Virus record (IMG/VR): IMGVR_UViG_3300042453_005404
Span: 1 to 64,000 of that record
Direction: 5' to 3' (one strand)
Length of the DNA stretch: 64,000 nucleotides
Shown: positions 19,666 through 29,300 of the stretch, piece after piece
Layout of the letters: each line of letters opens with the position of its first letter
Position numbering within the stretch: the stretch's first letter is position 1
Notes under the pieces: generated by a model
Told to the model about the DNA's origin: nothing
Seen by the model: only the letters and a program-made list of their open reading frames with translations
The model's database searches: none
Position numbers and translations under genes: made by a program

Positions 19666-19694
19666 ATAATATCATGTATAACTAGGAATCTAAA
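19666..19694 (-). promoter_or_regulatory. Early promoter TTTAGA-N17-TATTAT, predicted leaderless
   Basis: The -10 ends 6 nt before ATG 19659. Confidence 0.75.
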
Positions 19695-19703
19695 ACAAAT
19701 AAA

Positions 19704-19742
19704 AACCCCGGCAAAACAAGGGTTTCCTGTTAAGCCGGGGTT
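19704..19742 (-). terminator. Probable terminator after hsp20
   Basis: Stem aaccccggc/gccggggtt, followed by a T-rich tract on the minus strand. Confidence 0.65.
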
Positions 19743-19765
19743 GTTTAAGGTGTTAAAGATTGATA

Positions 19766-20113
19766 TCAGTCTACTGGAATGTTACGAGGTTGTTCTGATG
19801 CTTTGATTGGACAAAGCACAGTAAGAATTCCATCTTTGCATGAAGCGGAAATGGCGGATATATCTACTTTGCTTCCAAGCCGATATGTAAGTGTTTTCTT
19901 GTTTTTTTCTGGGCGTTGTAGGGTAATCACAAGTTGTGATCCTTTTGTTGCCAAGGATACATTTTCTCGACTATAACCGGGAACTTCTATGGTTAGTTTG
20001 CATGATCCATCTGCTTCATGAGTTACTTCATCTTGCAAGTTGTACAAGTGAGATTCCCATGACGAGTTACGAGGAAAATTAAAGATATCGAAATATGGTG
20101 CTAGTGTTGACAT
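19766..20113 (-). CDS. Small heat-shock protein (Hsp20 / alpha-crystallin domain)
   Basis: IEVPGYSRENV and ISASCKDGILTV. Start re-called at MSTLAPYF with an AGGAG SD. Confidence 0.85.
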   Translation of the reverse strand: MSTLAPYFDIFNFPRNSSWESHLYNLQDEVTHEADGSCKLTIEVPGYSRENVSLATKGSQLVITLQRPEKNKKTLTYRLGSKVDISAISASCKDGILTVLCPIKASEQPRNIPVD

Positions 20114-20219
20114 TTTTTCTCCTTGTTGCGCTGGCTTTTCACACCGGCAATCTAAAACCAGTATACACACCGAAAAAAACATGTCAAGGGGTTGTATTTA
20201 TTTTTATTGGAGAATTTTT

Positions 20220-20921
20220 ATGGAACTGCCAAACGACGTACAAACATTTATCGACACGGTTGGAAAAGAATATGGCAACGTAACAATCAAACCAAAAAGC
20301 TCATCACAACTAATGAAAGCTATTGGTTGGTTGTTTTCCGTCACAAGAATATCTCCAGAGTTTATGACACGTTACATCACAACCATTGGAAACACTGTTT
20401 ACTTTCCAGATGACATGCTGGCAAATCCAAACAGTGAATCGATGCTAAGAGTTGTGGTGCATGAAACCATACACGTTGCTGACTCTAAACGCTTTTCTGA
20501 TCCACTCTTCAAGTTCTTGTATCTCTTTCCTCAATCACTCGCTTTGTTGGCGTTGTTAAGCGTTTTAGCCGTTTGGAAAATAGGTTTCTTGTGGTGTCTT
20601 CTTTTCTTGCTGTGTCTTGCACCAATACCTGCACCATTTCGTTATTGGTTCGAACTAAGAGCTTACAGAACAAGTATTTTGTTTGCGAGAAAAGACGACA
20701 AGTTAACCGATGAACAAATGATACCAATATATGAATGGATAGAAAAACAACTTTGCACCAATCTTTATTACTGGACATGGCCGTTTCCAAGCATGGTAAG
20801 AAAACATCTTAAAGATGAAAGTTGGATGGATTCCGGCATATACAAGAAAATATCGGGATGGCTAGCTATACGACGCATTGTTCGAAAAATATCAACTGCA
20901 AAACAATCTAGTGGAACATAA
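20220..20921 (+). CDS. Membrane-associated zincin-like metallopeptidase
   Basis: TTIGNTVY, HETIHV (HExxH), two hydrophobic helices and FELRAY. Confidence 0.65.
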   Translation: MELPNDVQTFIDTVGKEYGNVTIKPKSSSQLMKAIGWLFSVTRISPEFMTRYITTIGNTVYFPDDMLANPNSESMLRVVVHETIHVADSKRFSDPLFKFLYLFPQSLALLALLSVLAVWKIGFLWCLLFLLCLAPIPAPFRYWFELRAYRTSILFARKDDKLTDEQMIPIYEWIEKQLCTNLYYWTWPFPSMVRKHLKDESWMDSGIYKKISGWLAIRRIVRKISTAKQSSGT

Positions 20922-21537
20922 CCAAGAGAAGAGAGAAAAAGACGTGAAATACCAACGATTATTGTTACAGATTATCGAAGAAGAAATCGACAAATATTTT
21001 CTGGAACAAGTTGCACCACCAGCGGCACCAGCTGCTCCAACGCCACCTACCGCATCAACAGATGCGGGTTTAGAGCCTGATGTTTCCGGTGGGGGCGAAG
21101 GTGATGATGAAGGCAATGTAGACAAAGCCATAAAGATACTTGCTGCTAAAACTCCTATCGAGGTCAAAAAAACGATTTTGTCTTCTTTACAAAATGGCGC
21201 AGAAAGACCTGATGCTGAAACTTTGATTGCTTATGTACAAAACAAGAAAGAAAAAGAGTCAACAAACAATTCTACTATTGAAGATACAGACAAAGAAATA
21301 CCAATTAACGTCGATAAAGCTGTTACCCACATTGTACAAACTTTCAAGTTCAAGGTACCAGAAAAAGCAGAAAAAGAAGCAGAAAAAGAAGATAAAGCAT
21401 CGATAGAAGAAAAGCCTGCGGAAACACCAGCAGCTCCCGCCGCACCAACTTCTGCACCTGTGCAAGAATCTAAATTGCAAACCAGTTTGCGAGAATATTT
21501 AAGGTACAAGCAATTAAGTCAAAAGGTGAAAAGATGA
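20878..21537 (+). CDS. Hypothetical acidic/Pro-Ala-rich protein, putative head-internal (probable GTG start near 20943)
   Basis: LLQIIEEEIDKYFLEQ motif and PAAP linkers. Confidence 0.6.
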   Translation: MFEKYQLQNNLVEHNQEKREKDVKYQRLLLQIIEEEIDKYFLEQVAPPAAPAAPTPPTASTDAGLEPDVSGGGEGDDEGNVDKAIKILAAKTPIEVKKTILSSLQNGAERPDAETLIAYVQNKKEKESTNNSTIEDTDKEIPINVDKAVTHIVQTFKFKVPEKAEKEAEKEDKASIEEKPAETPAAPAAPTSAPVQESKLQTSLREYLRYKQLSQKVKR

Positions 21538-21911
21538 AAAAGGAACTTACATACAAACAACTTAAAACAATCATTAAGGAATGTGCTTGTGAAGCAATGA
21601 AAGACTCACATATGGGTGGAATGCCCAGCATTAAAATGATTAAGCTTGGAAAACCTGATACGCAAGCTGGATTGTTTCCCGGTATGGGTTTAGATCATAT
21701 GGATCATGATGATTCACACTGGGATGATCACGACCAAGGTGAAAAAAGCATGATTCTTGCTAATCTTGCAAGAATGTCAGACAAGGCTTTAGAGCTTCGT
21801 GATTTGGCTGCTGGCGTACCCGACAACGAAGAATGGGTTCAAGAAAAGATTGCTGTTGCTTCTGCGATGATAGATTCGATTTACAACTATTTAAAATACA
21901 AGCAAGACTGA
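21534..21911 (+). CDS. Hypothetical protein (QLKTIIKE leader)
   Basis: 125-aa ORF containing EWVQEKIAVA. Confidence 0.65.
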   Translation: MKKELTYKQLKTIIKECACEAMKDSHMGGMPSIKMIKLGKPDTQAGLFPGMGLDHMDHDDSHWDDHDQGEKSMILANLARMSDKALELRDLAAGVPDNEEWVQEKIAVASAMIDSIYNYLKYKQD

Positions 21912-21924
21912 TAAGAGGTGTTAA

Positions 21925-22302
21925 ATGTTAACCGAAGATAAACTCAAACGACTTGTTTCTTTAATGGTTGAACGCAAGATTCAAGTGCTCAAAGAAGGCA
22001 AGAAATTTCAAGCCATTCGTTCGCTAACAATACAAGCGCAGCAAACAGCAATGAAATTTGAAGAAGACATGGTTGAAGCTTTGGATCTAAAGGAGCCAGA
22101 TGATCTTTGTGATGATGAGCAACAAATTTATGCTCAAGCAATGGCAGATATGCACAGCAAGATGATTGAAGCTGTTGTTCACGCTGCTGAAGTTTTGAAA
22201 AATCTTTCTGAACGTCAAAAAGAACCAGAAAACAAAAAAGCTGGTAAAGCTTCTTCCGCCGCATCTGGTAGCACTGTAGAAAAAGATCTTCCTACTCTTT
22301 GA
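21925..22302 (+). CDS. Hypothetical protein
   Basis: 125-aa helical ORF, co-oriented with its neighbours. Confidence 0.6.
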   Translation: MLTEDKLKRLVSLMVERKIQVLKEGKKFQAIRSLTIQAQQTAMKFEEDMVEALDLKEPDDLCDDEQQIYAQAMADMHSKMIEAVVHAAEVLKNLSERQKEPENKKAGKASSAASGSTVEKDLPTL

Positions 22303-22373
22303 ACATTCTTAACCAATACATTAAAACTCTGGTAACCTAGTATAGTTGTATTTACTAGCACCGGAGTAAACAT

Positions 22374-23273
22374 ATGTCAATGACAGAAGAAGAGTCAAGA
22401 GAATTTAAAAACAGTATCTTCGCAGCACAACAAGCAGCCCAAGGCGGACTACCAAACGTACAAGGTATGCCAATACAAACAGCAGCACAAGCTGCAAAGC
22501 AAGCCATTGGATTTGATCTTCCAGTAGCAGAAGTACCTTTGCCATCAAAAGGTCTTGTATATCCTGATGGTCCACTAGCAGGAGCTGAAACCGTTGAACT
22601 AAAACCAATGACAGCAAGAGAAGAAGATATTCTTATGAACAGAACTCTTGTTCGCAAAGGTACTGTTGTTAGCGAGCTAATCAAAAGTTGTTTGATCGAT
22701 AAAAACATTGATGTTAACTCAATGATTTCTGGTGATCGTAACGCACTTATGATTGCTGTGCGTATTACAGGCTACGGTGCAGAATACGCAGTAAAGATTT
22801 CTTGTCCTTCTTGTGAAGCACAACAAGATTGGACACTAAATCTTGAAGATCTTCCTGTTAAAGAACTTGATCTAGAAAAACTTAAACAAGTTGCTCCCGG
22901 TCAAAATGCATTTGAGTTTGTTCTTCCATTTTCCAAGAAAACAGTTATCTTTAAGTTCCTTACTGGAAAAGAAGAAGAAAGAATTCTTCAAGATATCGAA
23001 GCCAAGCGTAAGAAGGGAATTGTTCAAGAAAACCTTGTTACAACCAAGCTTATGAATAGCATTGTTGCCATTGAAGGCAATTCTGAACGTGGCTTCATCA
23101 ATCAGTTCTGCCAACATATGCCAGCCAGAGATTCATTGGCTTTGCGCAAGGTTCTTGATGAATCAGAGCCCGGTGTGGATATGAGCTCTGATTTTGTTTG
23201 CAATAGTTGTGGACACACGGAGGTACACGCCGTTCCACTCGGCCCCAGCTTTTTTTGGCCTAACGCCAAATGA
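22374..23273 (+). CDS. T4 gp26-like baseplate hub / tail assembly chaperone
   Basis: LPSKGLVY, VELKPMTAREEDIL, GDRNALMIAVRITGYG, CPSC...CNSC and terminal FFWP. Confidence 0.75.
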   Translation: MSMTEEESREFKNSIFAAQQAAQGGLPNVQGMPIQTAAQAAKQAIGFDLPVAEVPLPSKGLVYPDGPLAGAETVELKPMTAREEDILMNRTLVRKGTVVSELIKSCLIDKNIDVNSMISGDRNALMIAVRITGYGAEYAVKISCPSCEAQQDWTLNLEDLPVKELDLEKLKQVAPGQNAFEFVLPFSKKTVIFKFLTGKEEERILQDIEAKRKKGIVQENLVTTKLMNSIVAIEGNSERGFINQFCQHMPARDSLALRKVLDESEPGVDMSSDFVCNSCGHTEVHAVPLGPSFFWPNAK

Positions 23274-23526
23274 CGTTGAAGCAGTTCTACTTGAGCCAAT
23301 GTTTTTGCTGGGCTACTATTACGGAATGACTTACTCCGAATATCTCAATTTCCCAGTAGCTTACAAACGTTGGCTCATAGAACGTATCAACAAAGAAATC
23401 ACCAAGGCATCAGAAAAACAAGCCGATATTCCAAGCAAAGCTCCACATCATAACGTTCCAGATGTTAGAGCAATGACAGGAAAAGCAAGACAGTTCGTCA
23501 ACCCCCGCACACAACGTTTTACGTGA
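23194..23526 (+). CDS. Small tail-assembly protein in the +1 frame overlapping the gp26-like gene (possible frameshift extension)
   Basis: FFGLTPNDVEAVLLEPMFLLGYYYGMTYSEYLNFPVAYKRWLIERI. The only upstream start is a TTG without an SD; a T7 run lies at 23250-23256. Confidence 0.6.
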   Translation: MFAIVVDTRRYTPFHSAPAFFGLTPNDVEAVLLEPMFLLGYYYGMTYSEYLNFPVAYKRWLIERINKEITKASEKQADIPSKAPHHNVPDVRAMTGKARQFVNPRTQRFT

Positions 23527-23570
23527 CTTGAAAAAACCTGCCCTCTCTAGTTTTACATAACTAATTTGAT

Positions 23571-23900
23571 GTGACATACTCAATCAACACTATGTCACAT
23601 CATTTCACTTATACCATTGGTATACCTCTTCCTCAAGGTGGAGAACTCTATCAGTTCGATGGAGAACGATCCAAACTAGGTTCAACAGAACTTCCTGTTG
23701 GACAGTTTTATCTTACTCGACCATTAGTACCAAACAATCCATTAACCAATGCCAGAAAAGATACAAGGTTTGGCAAGTTGATTGTAAGACAATATGATCG
23801 ATTTGATAACCTTATGAGAGTTGTTGAATATCTGGATGTTAAAGTGTTGAACTTAATTGATGGTCCAGACCTTATCTTGGAGTTTACATACAAGCCATGA
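23571..23900 (+). CDS. Hypothetical protein, possibly a divergent tail-tube-like fold
   Basis: RKDTRFGKLIVRQYD...LILEFTY loosely resembles tube proteins; lies in the tail module. Confidence 0.35.
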   Translation: MTYSINTMSHHFTYTIGIPLPQGGELYQFDGERSKLGSTELPVGQFYLTRPLVPNNPLTNARKDTRFGKLIVRQYDRFDNLMRVVEYLDVKVLNLIDGPDLILEFTYKP

Positions 23901-24499
23901 GCAAAACAATAAATGGAATCTTGACAGTTTATTGCGGACCTATGTATGCTGGTAAAACAACTGCTCTTATTGCAGAAATTGAAGCGGGCATAGAAGAACA
24001 AAAAACCCTTCTTGTGATTAAACCAGTTATTGACAATCGTTACGCCGAAGAAGATATTGTTTCACACGATGGAACATCCCTCCAGAAAACAACAGGTCAC
24101 AAAGTTCAACGTTTGGGTGTTTTGGAGTTCTTAGAAAAAAAAGACTTAGAAAAAATTGACTTGTTGCTTATTGATGAAGCTCAGTTCTTTGGCCCATTAT
24201 GTACAACCTACATAAGTGAATATCTTAAAGCTGGGATTGATGTTGTTGCTGTTGGATTGGATTTGGACAGTGAAGGCAAACCATTTGGTTCTATGCCACA
24301 CCTATTGTCTCTTGCAAACAATGTTTACAAACTTGTTGGTGTTTGTTCGGTTTGTGGTGATGAAGCTACAAGAACCTTTAGAAAACTAACCGTTAGCTCT
24401 ACAGAGCAAGTGTTGATTGGTGGTAGTGAAACGTATGAGCCACGTTGTTTGCAACATTGGGTCGAAGGACAAACAGAGAAATATAAATTCTTTAGCTAA
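23897..24499 (+). CDS. tdk: Thymidine kinase
   Basis: GPMYAGKTT, LIDEAQF, GLDLDSEGKPFG, CSVC and YEPRCLQH. Confidence 0.95.
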   Translation: MSKTINGILTVYCGPMYAGKTTALIAEIEAGIEEQKTLLVIKPVIDNRYAEEDIVSHDGTSLQKTTGHKVQRLGVLEFLEKKDLEKIDLLLIDEAQFFGPLCTTYISEYLKAGIDVVAVGLDLDSEGKPFGSMPHLLSLANNVYKLVGVCSVCGDEATRTFRKLTVSSTEQVLIGGSETYEPRCLQHWVEGQTEKYKFFS

Positions 24500-24511
24500 T
24501 ATTTATCTGTC

Positions 24512-25114
24512 ATGAACAAAGCAGCAGTGAAATATGACGCAAAAGTAAAAAAAGATGGATCAATTGTTCTAACAAATGACTTACACCAAAAAGGTGAAAT
24601 TGTTTTGTTAAAAAAAATTGATATAACTAGCAATTCTTGGGTCATGGAAGCTGTGGTATCAATGACCAACAACAAAGGTATATCTGATGAAGATGGTGTT
24701 GGTGGAGATGGAATATGGTTTAAATTCAATCAAGAAAATCTTGTTGTGGGGCTAGACACTTTTATGAATGAATCAAATGAAAGTGGTAATGAAATAGTTC
24801 TTAAAGCCGAAGGAGAAATCATAGCACAAGAAGCTTGCCAGACTCGTTTCAACAATGGAAAGAAAATAAATGTAAAAGTGATTTGTTTTCCAAAGAAACA
24901 ATCAATGCTTGTTGTTATGATAAACAACAAGGTAGTTTTAAACTACGCCTTCAAAGCGTCCTCCATTCCAGCTATATTCAAAAACAAACCAGCAGTGTTT
25001 TCGGTTTATTCGTTTACAGGAGATGCTGGGAGTACACAAACTGTTCACAGCATTAGGTTTAAGTCTGTCAATGAAGATGCTATCGAGTCTTTAAAAAAAG
25101 AAATCAAAGACTGA
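24512..25114 (+). CDS. Legume (L-type) lectin-like beta-sandwich protein
   Basis: GGDGIWF, LVVGLDTFMN and FTGDAGSTQTVHSIRF resemble L-lectin motifs. Confidence 0.55.
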   Translation: MNKAAVKYDAKVKKDGSIVLTNDLHQKGEIVLLKKIDITSNSWVMEAVVSMTNNKGISDEDGVGGDGIWFKFNQENLVVGLDTFMNESNESGNEIVLKAEGEIIAQEACQTRFNNGKKINVKVICFPKKQSMLVVMINNKVVLNYAFKASSIPAIFKNKPAVFSVYSFTGDAGSTQTVHSIRFKSVNEDAIESLKKEIKD

Positions 25115-25134
25115 AATAGGCTAGTTTACAAGCA

Positions 25135-25638
25135 TTATTCCCAAGCCCTACACGACCAGTACCGGGCCTTGGTTCTTGGGCCGGGATTTTTGCAATTATG
25201 ACGAGCTCTAAAGCTCTTACGACGCTTTGGATTGCTCTTCTTGATGCGCATGTTTCTATCACCAAAGGTTACTCTTTTTACGTTTCCTGTTTTGGGATCA
25301 CGAACAAAAACATAAAACTTTTTCTTTCCCTTTGATGTTGGATTTCTTTTTGGTTTGCCGAGCTCAACTTTTTTTCCTTGATATTCTGCTTCGGTTAATA
25401 AATTATGTTGTTCGTTCATATAAGCAACAAGACAACCTTCGCAAACTGGTGTTCCGTCTTCTAGCTCTGCATTAAGCTCTAGAATGTTAACATTTTCTTC
25501 TGGTAGTTCTTCGTCAAACAAAAGATATAAGTCTTTTTCTGGGACATAAACAGGTTCTTGATTAAGAACACGTTTGTATTTGCTCTTGAGCTCTTGTAAT
25601 GATTCTAGAATAAGACGCTTTAAATACAGTTTGTTCAT
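25135..25638 (-). CDS. Conserved phage protein with a basic C-terminal domain
   Basis: RLILES leader; EAEYQGKKVELGKP; VKRVTFGD...RRKSFRARHNC...ARYWSC. Confidence 0.75.
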   Translation of the reverse strand: MNKLYLKRLILESLQELKSKYKRVLNQEPVYVPEKDLYLLFDEELPEENVNILELNAELEDGTPVCEGCLVAYMNEQHNLLTEAEYQGKKVELGKPKRNPTSKGKKKFYVFVRDPKTGNVKRVTFGDRNMRIKKSNPKRRKSFRARHNCKNPGPRTKARYWSCRAWE

Positions 25639-25677
25639 TGTATTACCTTTGTTGTTCTAGAATCTAAGTATGAACGT

Positions 25678-25866
25678 TCAAGGTAAACTAGCAGTTTTTC
25701 GTTCCAAAACTACAACACGTCTTATTAGATCTTCGATTGCTGTTTGAATGTTTTGCAATCTTGTTGTTATATCGGTTCCATTGATGGTGCAAGGAACGCT
25801 GATATCAATTCTTGTAACTTTGTCTGGGGTAAAGCTTACTGGCTGTGGTGTAACATTTCTAGGCAT
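25678..25866 (-). CDS. Small coiled-coil protein
   Basis: 62-aa ORF containing RLQNIQTAIEDLIRRVVVLE. Confidence 0.5.
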   Translation of the reverse strand: MPRNVTPQPVSFTPDKVTRIDISVPCTINGTDITTRLQNIQTAIEDLIRRVVVLERKTASLP

Positions 25867-25904
25867 GATTTTATTGTATAGTGAGGAACATCAGGTTTTA
25901 CAAA

Positions 25905-26261
25905 CTAAAGTGGAAACGGCACACCAAAAATTGAACGAAAGTTGTTTCCATCGATGTTTTTTGCATCCAAGGCTCTGATAACAGAGTCAACGGTTGCACC
26001 GGGACGTTTGATTTCGTCTTGAAAACGTTTTGAGCTTTGCACAGCTTTTGAAAGAATCTCGATTTTTCTTGGATCGCCACTTAGTTTGAATGGCGACCGT
26101 TGTCCTGTAACCATTGTTGCGATGATTGAAGCAAACACTAGTTTGCCTAACGTAGTCATTCTATAGCTTGACAAAGCCATAGAAACAGGATTTTCCAAAT
26201 AAGGAACACGTAAAAACTCTTTTAGTATTTTGGTTGCGGCTATTTCATTCATGTTAAGCAT
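25905..26261 (-). CDS. Hypothetical protein
   Basis: 118-aa ORF with TATTTA upstream. Confidence 0.6.
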   Translation of the reverse strand: MLNMNEIAATKILKEFLRVPYLENPVSMALSSYRMTTLGKLVFASIIATMVTGQRSPFKLSGDPRKIEILSKAVQSSKRFQDEIKRPGATVDSVIRALDAKNIDGNNFRSIFGVPFPL

Positions 26262-26334
26262 CCCAGTTCACAACATAAATACTACCAACAAAATGTACAT
26301 ATCGATACTTATCTAAAGCAGGAGCGTTTTATAA

Positions 26335-29300
26335 ATGGCAACAGCTGATAACCTAAAAATAGCACAACAACTGCTAGCAACCATGCAGCAAATAACTGCA
26401 CAGGTTGAACGTCAAACCGAGGCTTATCACGCTCAAGCTCAACTTGTTGACGCTTTGTGTAAAGCACAAGAATGTTTTGGTAAAATCGACGCTGCAAAAG
26501 TAAAAGAAGTCACAGACGCACTCAAAGAAGCTCAAGAAAAAACAAAAGAGTTTGGAAACGAACTATCAAATGTTTCAGAAAAAGAAGTTTCGAAACTTGG
26601 AGGAGCTTTAAACGAACTTGCAGAACATATGAAAAGTGTAAATGTTCCCAAGGAGTTTATTAATGGCTTCAAAGACGGAATAACTTATTCAACAAATTTA
26701 TTCAAAAACATATTGTCTTTGGGTGGAAGTGCTCTTGGTTTACTTAAAGATATTGGTCAGAATTTTTTATCTTTTCCCGGTAAAATTATAGAATTTTTTC
26801 AAAATGCCGCTCAAGGTGGTGTTGATCCTTATAGAGTTGCATTAGAAGAGTTACGTGGAGAATTTGGTGACTTAAAAGTTGGTACTTCTGCTGCGGTAAA
26901 AGGAATGACAGAAAACACCAAAAAACTTGGTGAGTCTGGACTTCGTTTAAGCAGGGTGTTTGGTTATGGTAGAGAAGGCTTGGCTAACATGTTAAAAGAA
27001 AACATGGAAATGTTCAAGCAAATGGGGCCATTAGCTAACAGGCTTGCAGCTTCGCTTAGAGGTGCTGAAGGAGAGTTTACGCTATTAAGAAAAGCTACAG
27101 GTCTTACTGGAGAAGCCATGAAAGCATTCCAGCTTAGAGCAGAAGAAACTGGAATGTCTGGTGCCCGAGCAACTCGTGAAATGACTCTAGCTTTAGCTCA
27201 AGGTCAAAAGGCTTTCGGCATATCGGTTAAAGAGTTTGGCAAAGATATCGAAGTGATGTTAAAAGACACAATCACTTTTGGTATTAAAGCACCAGCAGAA
27301 ATGGTTAAAATTAGTGCTTACGTTAAAAAACTAGGCATTTCAATGGAAACGCTAAAGAAAGTCACGGATAAAGCTTTTAACTTTGAGGATGCTGCGCAAC
27401 AAGCAGCTAAGTTGTCAGAAGCATTTGGTATTGCGCTTGATCCGTTGAAGCAAATGGAAGCAGATCCAGTTAAGAAAATGGATAACCTCAGACAAGCGTT
27501 CTTTAAAACCGGGCAGCGATATGAATCGATGACCGCTCAAGCGAGAAAATATCTTGCAGAACAAGCTGGTATATCTGACGAAGAAGCAAGAATAGCTTTC
27601 TCGCAAAAGAATAGGGCTATGACAGGTGCTCAAGTTGAAGCGCAAATGAAAAAGCAGCAAAAAGCGCAAATGTCTCAAGCTGAAGCCATGAAGTTGTTGG
27701 CCGAGTCTGTTCAAAGACTTGTTAGAAGTGGAGAACCGTTGAAAGGTTCTTTTATTGATATATTTGTCAAAGGATTCGAAAGAGGAGTTAAAAGATCAAG
27801 AGAGTTTAGAGAGGTTGTACGAAAACTTCAGCAAAGTTTGAGGGTGGTATATTGGGCCGGTAGAGATGTTGGCAGAATGTTTATCAAAGAGTTTCCCGGC
27901 ATCAAAACAATGCTTAAATCTCTTTCTGATATGTTTAACCCTAGACGTTTCAGAGAGCTAATGAAACAAGTCAAAGAAGAATTCAGTAAGTTCTTTAAAG
28001 CCTTGCAAACTGATCCAAAAGCAGGCGTGCAAGAGTTCATGAAGAATATGAAAAAAATCTTCTTCGACTTTTTCACAAAAGGTGCTCCAGCTGGTTCTAG
28101 ATTCCTTGATGGCTTAAAAGCGTTCTACAAAACCGTTGGTGCTATTTTTATTGAAGGCGCACGATATGCCTTGACTGCACTTAAAGATCTTCTCAAAATA
28201 ATAGTGGATTTTGTTAAGAATCCGGCTTCTTTATCTTCTCCTGCCTCGGATGCCTTGGGAGAAGGTATAGCGGGAATGGTTAAACAAGCGTTTGATTATG
28301 CCGTTAGAGAACTTGGTCCTGTTTTGCAAGAAGTTGGCGCATTGTTTGTTGATTTGTTTACAACCCTTTACAAGAAATATATTGAGCCTCATCTCCAAGA
28401 CATTTTTCTTGGTACTCTTGCTTTTTTCTTGGGGCCAGCAATTGTAGGTGGTATTGTACGTGCTGGTCTTGGTTTGCTAGTTCAAGGATTGGGAAGCTTA
28501 TTGGCTGGTACAAGTGGAATTGTTAATAATATTGCTAGTGGAGTAACACAAACAACAAAAGTAACCGGTCCCGGTGGTGCGGTTACCGAAACAACTATTT
28601 CAAGACAAGCAGATACTATGGATGGCATTGGAAGAGGTATGGCTAAATTAGCCGGTACCATTGCTGCGCTGGCGGTGGGGGTGGCGGTTGCCGTTTTTGC
28701 AATTATTACTTTAGCAAAAATCTATGAAACTTCAGGCATTAAATTAGAATCATTTATAGCTGTTGGTGCGATGTTTGGTGGAATAGCTCTCATAACAGGA
28801 ATATTGGTTCAAACAAGATTGTTTGATTTGCTGGGTGCAATTAAGCCAAACCCTGTTGCATGGGCGGCGCTTGGAGCCATTGCTCTTTTGATTGGTGGTA
28901 TGGAACTAGCAGTACTTGGTATAATAGGGATAGCTGGTTTAGCACGAAATATTCCATCGGAAACAATAGAAGCTGTTGCTAGTCTTATGGTTCAAATGGT
29001 TGGTATTTTTTATGCTGCCGCTGGATTGTTGGCTGTAGCTACCGGAATTGGAGCTGTTATAGGTGTTAGTTTAGGTACGGCTGCCATTGCTGCCGTCGAA
29101 GGTATGGCTGCTATTAGTTTAGCAGTTATTGCTATAGCAGAAACAGCAACAGTAATAATTTCGAAATTTCGAAACTTTAATCAGCCTCAAGTAACCATGA
29201 CTGCAACCATTATGGAAAAATTCATAGGGTTTTATAACTCTGTGGGAGAAACGTTGAAAGCATTATTGGCATATCAAAGCACAGCTGGCCAAACAAGTAA

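Noticed and set aside
18727-19806. 359-aa plus-strand ORF
   Set aside because: It is an antisense shadow of the VWA gene.
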